A DNA stretch of 64,000 nt, taken from the NCBI GenBank assembly GCA_965205215.1, contig OZ242041.1, positions 1,664,001 to 1,728,000 on the forward strand. The letters run 5' to 3'. This DNA comes from Nitrosopumilus sp. (lineage in GTDB: Archaea; Thermoproteota; Nitrososphaeria; Nitrososphaerales; Nitrosopumilaceae). The notes under the pieces are model-generated. The model did not search any database. It had not been told where the DNA came from and worked only from the letters and a program-made list of their open reading frames with translations. The translations under genes were made by a program, and so were the position numbers. Positions within the stretch are counted from its first letter, which is position 1. Each line of letters starts with the position of its first letter. Shown one piece after another: positions 60,062 to 64,000 of the stretch.

Positions 60062-61639
60062 ATGGCGCAGATCGAGGAGTTTGGGATTCGCGCCGCAGGC
60101 ATACACAGGAATCTGGGCGCAAAGGCACTGATGCACCAGACAGTAAAGCGCGGCGAGGGCTCAATATGCTCGACGGGCTCGATTACGGTAAATACTGGAA
60201 GATACACCGGCCGCTCCCCCGACGACAGGTTCATCGTGGACGACGAGACGACGCACGATACGGTGGACTGGGGCAAGATCAACCACGGGTTTTCACCAGA
60301 AAAGTTTGACGCCCTGCTCGACAGGATGAAGGAGCATGCCGGGGGCAAGGAGCTCTTTGTGTTTGACGGGTTTGCCGGGGCCGACCCCAAGCAGCGGCTG
60401 CCCATAAGGGTGATAAACGACCGCGCATGGCAGAGCCTCTTTAGCAGCTGCATGTTCATACGCCCCACCGCCGAGGAGCTAAAGGCGCACCGCCCGGAGC
60501 TTACCGTCTTGTGCACAAACGACTTTGACGCCGTACCCGAGAGGGACGGGACCCGTTCAAACGCGTTCATAATAATAAATCTCTCAAGGAGGATCGTGAT
60601 AATAGGGGGCACCAGATACGCCGGCGAGATAAAAAAGTCGGTCTTTTCTGTAATGAATTACATCCTGCCCGACCGCGGCGTCTTTCCCATGCACTGCTCT
60701 GCAAACATCGGCAAGAAGGACAACGACACGGCCCTCTTCTTCGGACTGTCAGGCACGGGCAAGACGACGCTGTCAGCAGATCCAGACAGGATGCTGATAG
60801 GCGACGACGAGCACGGATGGTCCGACGGCGGCACGTTCAACTTTGAGGGCGGCTGCTATGCAAAGTGCATAAACCTCAGCAGGGAGGCCGAGCCGGAGAT
60901 ATGGGACGCGATACGCCCAGGGGCCGTCCTGGAGAACGTCGCGCTGGGGCCCGGAAACGTTCCCGACTACTCGGACAGCTCGCTGACGGAGAACACAAGG
61001 GCCGCGTACCCGCTTGAGCACATCCCGGGGGCAAGGATACCAAGCGTGGGCGGAAACCCGCGCGTCGTGGTATTCCTGACTGCCGACGCGCTGGGGGTGC
61101 TGCCGCCCGTCTCCAGGCTGACCTCCGACGGGGCGATGTACCACTTCATGTCAGGGTATACAAGCAAGCTTGCAGGCACCGAGCGCGGCATAAAGGAGCC
61201 AAAGTCGGTCTTTTCGGAGTGCTTCGGGGCCCCGTTCATGCCGAGGCCCGCGTCCGTATACGCAAAGATGCTCGGCGAGAAGATTGCAAGGCACAAGTCC
61301 TCGGTGTACCTGATCAATACGGGCTGGTCCGGCGGCCCCTACGGGGTTGGAAAGCGCATAAGCATCGGGTACAGCAGGGCGATGGTGACCGCCGCGCTTA
61401 CGGGCTCGATAAGCGACGCCCCGTACGTGCACAACGATCTGTTCAACCTGGACGTTCCAAGCGCCGTGGACGGCGTGCCGCCGGAGATACTGGATCCGCG
61501 CAACACGTGGGAATGCAAGGACACGTACGATGCCACGGCCAAGAAGCTGGCGCAAATGTTTGTGGACAACTTTGCGAGGTTTACGGGCGTGCCGCCCAAC
61601 ATAATAGCTGCAGGCCCGTCCCCGGACGCGGCCTCATAG
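60062..61639 (+). CDS. pckA: phosphoenolpyruvate carboxykinase (ATP)
   Basis: TGRSP, YAGEIKK, MHCSAN, GLSGTGKTTLS, LIGDDEHGW, EGGCYAK. Confidence 0.97.
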   Translation: MAQIEEFGIRAAGIHRNLGAKALMHQTVKRGEGSICSTGSITVNTGRYTGRSPDDRFIVDDETTHDTVDWGKINHGFSPEKFDALLDRMKEHAGGKELFVFDGFAGADPKQRLPIRVINDRAWQSLFSSCMFIRPTAEELKAHRPELTVLCTNDFDAVPERDGTRSNAFIIINLSRRIVIIGGTRYAGEIKKSVFSVMNYILPDRGVFPMHCSANIGKKDNDTALFFGLSGTGKTTLSADPDRMLIGDDEHGWSDGGTFNFEGGCYAKCINLSREAEPEIWDAIRPGAVLENVALGPGNVPDYSDSSLTENTRAAYPLEHIPGARIPSVGGNPRVVVFLTADALGVLPPVSRLTSDGAMYHFMSGYTSKLAGTERGIKEPKSVFSECFGAPFMPRPASVYAKMLGEKIARHKSSVYLINTGWSGGPYGVGKRISIGYSRAMVTAALTGSISDAPYVHNDLFNLDVPSAVDGVPPEILDPRNTWECKDTYDATAKKLAQMFVDNFARFTGVPPNIIAAGPSPDAAS

Positions 61640-61642
61640 CAG

Positions 61643-63967
61643 TCACCGATTCTGGCCCCCGCGCGTGCGGAATGCGACGCCCAGCGCGCCTATCACGGCC
61701 ACCACGGCCGCAATTATTGCAATCTGCCGCATAGGCAGGGACTCAGACGGCGAGAACGCGGCGCGTTGCGGCGCGTCACTGCCAGGATGGTCGGGTGCCG
61801 GCGCGCCCGTCTCGTCATGGGGCCCGACGCGTATCATGTCGTACGCGGCGTACGTGCCGTTGCCGGACGTTATCCTTGCGTCTATCCAGTACGTGCCGTT
61901 CTGCAGCACCTCAATCGAGGGGTGTGCTCCATCCGCCGGGGTGGCCGTGACGGAGACGGACTTCTCAGAGACGCTGTCAATTACGTCAATCTTTACAAAC
62001 TCCCAGCCGTCGGGATGAGACACTGCAAGGTCCAGGCGCCCGGCCGCGTTGGCGTCCCGCAGGCCCGAGTACGACACGGTCGTATCAACGGAGCCGCGCG
62101 TGTGGTGCAGCAGGAACGGCACCGCATACTCGGAACCGTTGTACGTGATAACGACGCGTCCCTCGTGCTCTCCGTACGGCCCGTGCCCCAAAGGCGTCGG
62201 CGCGGGGCCGGCGCCATCGACTGTACCGGTGTCATTGTACGTGACCGTCATGCGGGAAAGGACGGAGCCGGCCTCAATCGAGTATGAGAAATCCACAAAA
62301 CTCGGCCCCTCAAACCGGACACCAACCAGTTCGGTCTCAAGAGGAACCCGCTTGATGTCGCTTACGCCGCTTTTGCTGCCGCCATCATTACCATCACCAT
62401 CACCACCACCATATGAGGCTGCGAGCCTTACTGAACGCAGCTCGAGTACCGCCTCAGAGGCACGGTCCTTCTCCGACGTGGCAAGCACAAAGCTCGGCGG
62501 AAGTACCGCAATGTCAGCCCCGTACGCCCTCGTGATGTTGAGCCGCCCGGAGCCGGTCTCGTGTACGGATAGTTCCTGCCCGTACGCGTCCATGACGGGG
62601 TCGGCGGTATTCATTATGATGGACTTTAACTCGTGCCTGTCAAGCCCGGGGTTTCTCTCCAGAAGCAGTGCCGCGGCGCCGCTTGCGTGGGGCGCCGCAT
62701 AGCTGGTTCCGCTCATTATCTCGTACACGGAACCGGCCTGGGTGGTGTTGATGTACGCGCCCGGGGCCACCACGTCAGGCTTGATGAAGAACGGCATGAC
62801 CGGCCCACGCGAGCTGAAGTGCGCCACAAAGTCGGGATTGTGGAACAGGTGGAGTAGCGCGTCTGAGGCGGTGCCGTTGGCCAAGAGCTCCAGAAGCTCG
62901 AGCCCCTCCTCGCGCTCCATGGACACCACGGGGATGCGGGGCTCGTATCCGGGTTCCGCGAACTCGTGGGCGAGCTCGCCCAGGAACATGCCGTCGACGT
63001 TGTTGTATACAATCAGGGCGGCCGCGCCCGCGTCTGCGGCGTGTGACTCTTTGAGTGAAAAATACAGGAGCTCGCCCTCCACGTCGCTTCCGCGCTCGGC
63101 AATCACGATGGCGCCCCTCGCGTCAATGTCCTCAAAGTCAGACTCCTTGGCATATCCGGCAGATACGAGTCCGGCGTCGATCGGCTCGGCGAGTGACTCC
63201 GAGCCGACCATGGGGATTACCGTATACGAGAAGGAGTCTGCAACGTCCAGTGTCGCGACCAGGCTTGAGGTCAGGTTGTTGTATGTTGCCCCCACCGTAA
63301 GGGAGCCGCTGCTGCGCCCCGGGCTCCCAATCGTGGACGTTCCGGGCCCGTCGTTTCCGGCCGCCACCACCACAAGCGCGCCGCGCCCGAGCGCCTCGTT
63401 TATCGCGTCCTCGATCACGCTGTTCTTGGTGCTTACGCCCATGCTGATGTTTATCACGTCGGCGCCGTCCTCGACGGCCCTTGTGACGGCCCTGGCGATG
63501 AGCTCGGAGGAGACGTTACTGCCGTCTTCGGACACCTTGTAGGCAAGTATTCTGGACTCTGGGGCAACTCCCTGGAGGCTGCCGTCGGCCGACGCCACTC
63601 CGGCCACCTGCGTGCCGTGCCCGTCCGTGTCAAGCGGCGCGTTTCCATCGTCCCCCCACAGAAAGTTATAGCCGCCGGCCACCTTGCCGTCCCCCCGCCA
63701 TCCAAGCATGTCCGGATGCTCGTAGTCAACCCCGGTGTCGATTACCGCAATCAGTATGCCCTCGCCGCCTACCCCGTCAAGCCGCGGAACGTCGCCACCC
63801 ACAAACGGCACGCTCCGCTCAAGGTATGTCCGGATTCCGTCATCCCCACCGTGCGTGGAGCCCGACGACGCCAGCACGGCGATGACAAGTGCGGCCGCAA
63901 TCGCGGCGGACGTCGCAACTGCGGCGGCGTATGCAGGGGGGTACGCAGGCCGCTTATCGCCGCGCAT
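61643..63967 (-). CDS. S8 subtilisin-like serine peptidase with PA domain and C-terminal TM anchor
   Basis: IAVIDTG, HGTQVAG, AAGN, SGTSYAAP catalytic-triad motifs. Confidence 0.93.
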   Translation of the reverse strand: MRGDKRPAYPPAYAAAVATSAAIAAALVIAVLASSGSTHGGDDGIRTYLERSVPFVGGDVPRLDGVGGEGILIAVIDTGVDYEHPDMLGWRGDGKVAGGYNFLWGDDGNAPLDTDGHGTQVAGVASADGSLQGVAPESRILAYKVSEDGSNVSSELIARAVTRAVEDGADVINISMGVSTKNSVIEDAINEALGRGALVVVAAGNDGPGTSTIGSPGRSSGSLTVGATYNNLTSSLVATLDVADSFSYTVIPMVGSESLAEPIDAGLVSAGYAKESDFEDIDARGAIVIAERGSDVEGELLYFSLKESHAADAGAAALIVYNNVDGMFLGELAHEFAEPGYEPRIPVVSMEREEGLELLELLANGTASDALLHLFHNPDFVAHFSSRGPVMPFFIKPDVVAPGAYINTTQAGSVYEIMSGTSYAAPHASGAAALLLERNPGLDRHELKSIIMNTADPVMDAYGQELSVHETGSGRLNITRAYGADIAVLPPSFVLATSEKDRASEAVLELRSVRLAASYGGGDGDGNDGGSKSGVSDIKRVPLETELVGVRFEGPSFVDFSYSIEAGSVLSRMTVTYNDTGTVDGAGPAPTPLGHGPYGEHEGRVVITYNGSEYAVPFLLHHTRGSVDTTVSYSGLRDANAAGRLDLAVSHPDGWEFVKIDVIDSVSEKSVSVTATPADGAHPSIEVLQNGTYWIDARITSGNGTYAAYDMIRVGPHDETGAPAPDHPGSDAPQRAAFSPSESLPMRQIAIIAAVVAVIGALGVAFRTRGGQNR

Positions 63968-64000
63968 CCTGCAGGAATCGCGTCCGGTGCTGCCAGAGGG

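Overview
GC-rich archaeal chromosomal window with the gene content of a Nitrososphaerota (Thaumarchaeota, Nitrosopumilaceae/Cenarchaeum-like) genome; a host-associated lifestyle is inferred from the DUF285/FN3 surface protein. Most of it is housekeeping: ribosomal proteins, NusA/Spt5/SecE, LeuRS/AlaRS, aIF-1A/aIF-5A, ScpAB, the archaeal shikimate route, futalosine-pathway genes, PEPCK and four tRNAs (Tyr with one intron, Arg, Glu, Gln with two apparent introns). The main unexpected signal is a set of tiny Cys-rich metallothionein-like genes. Two homologues of 42 and 44 aa (11779-11907 + and 25833-25967 -) are below the ORF-track cutoff, share an identical 12-nt promoter core at identical spacing and end in oligo-T terminators. 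A third is a two-repeat Cys/His protein (9669-9992). Two of the three sit in a decayed, apparently nested island at tRNA-Arg that also holds two tyrosine-integrase pseudogenes, an IS481-like remnant, an extra peroxiredoxin and an AT-rich 31-bp tandem array. Other oddities are tandem paralogous disordered proteins with multivalent GTLPKGF motifs, strand-biased CAT/CAC microsatellite insertions inside conserved proteins, and hypervariable DUF285 repeats. All family assignments come from motif recognition by eye, not database searches; start codons are estimates.
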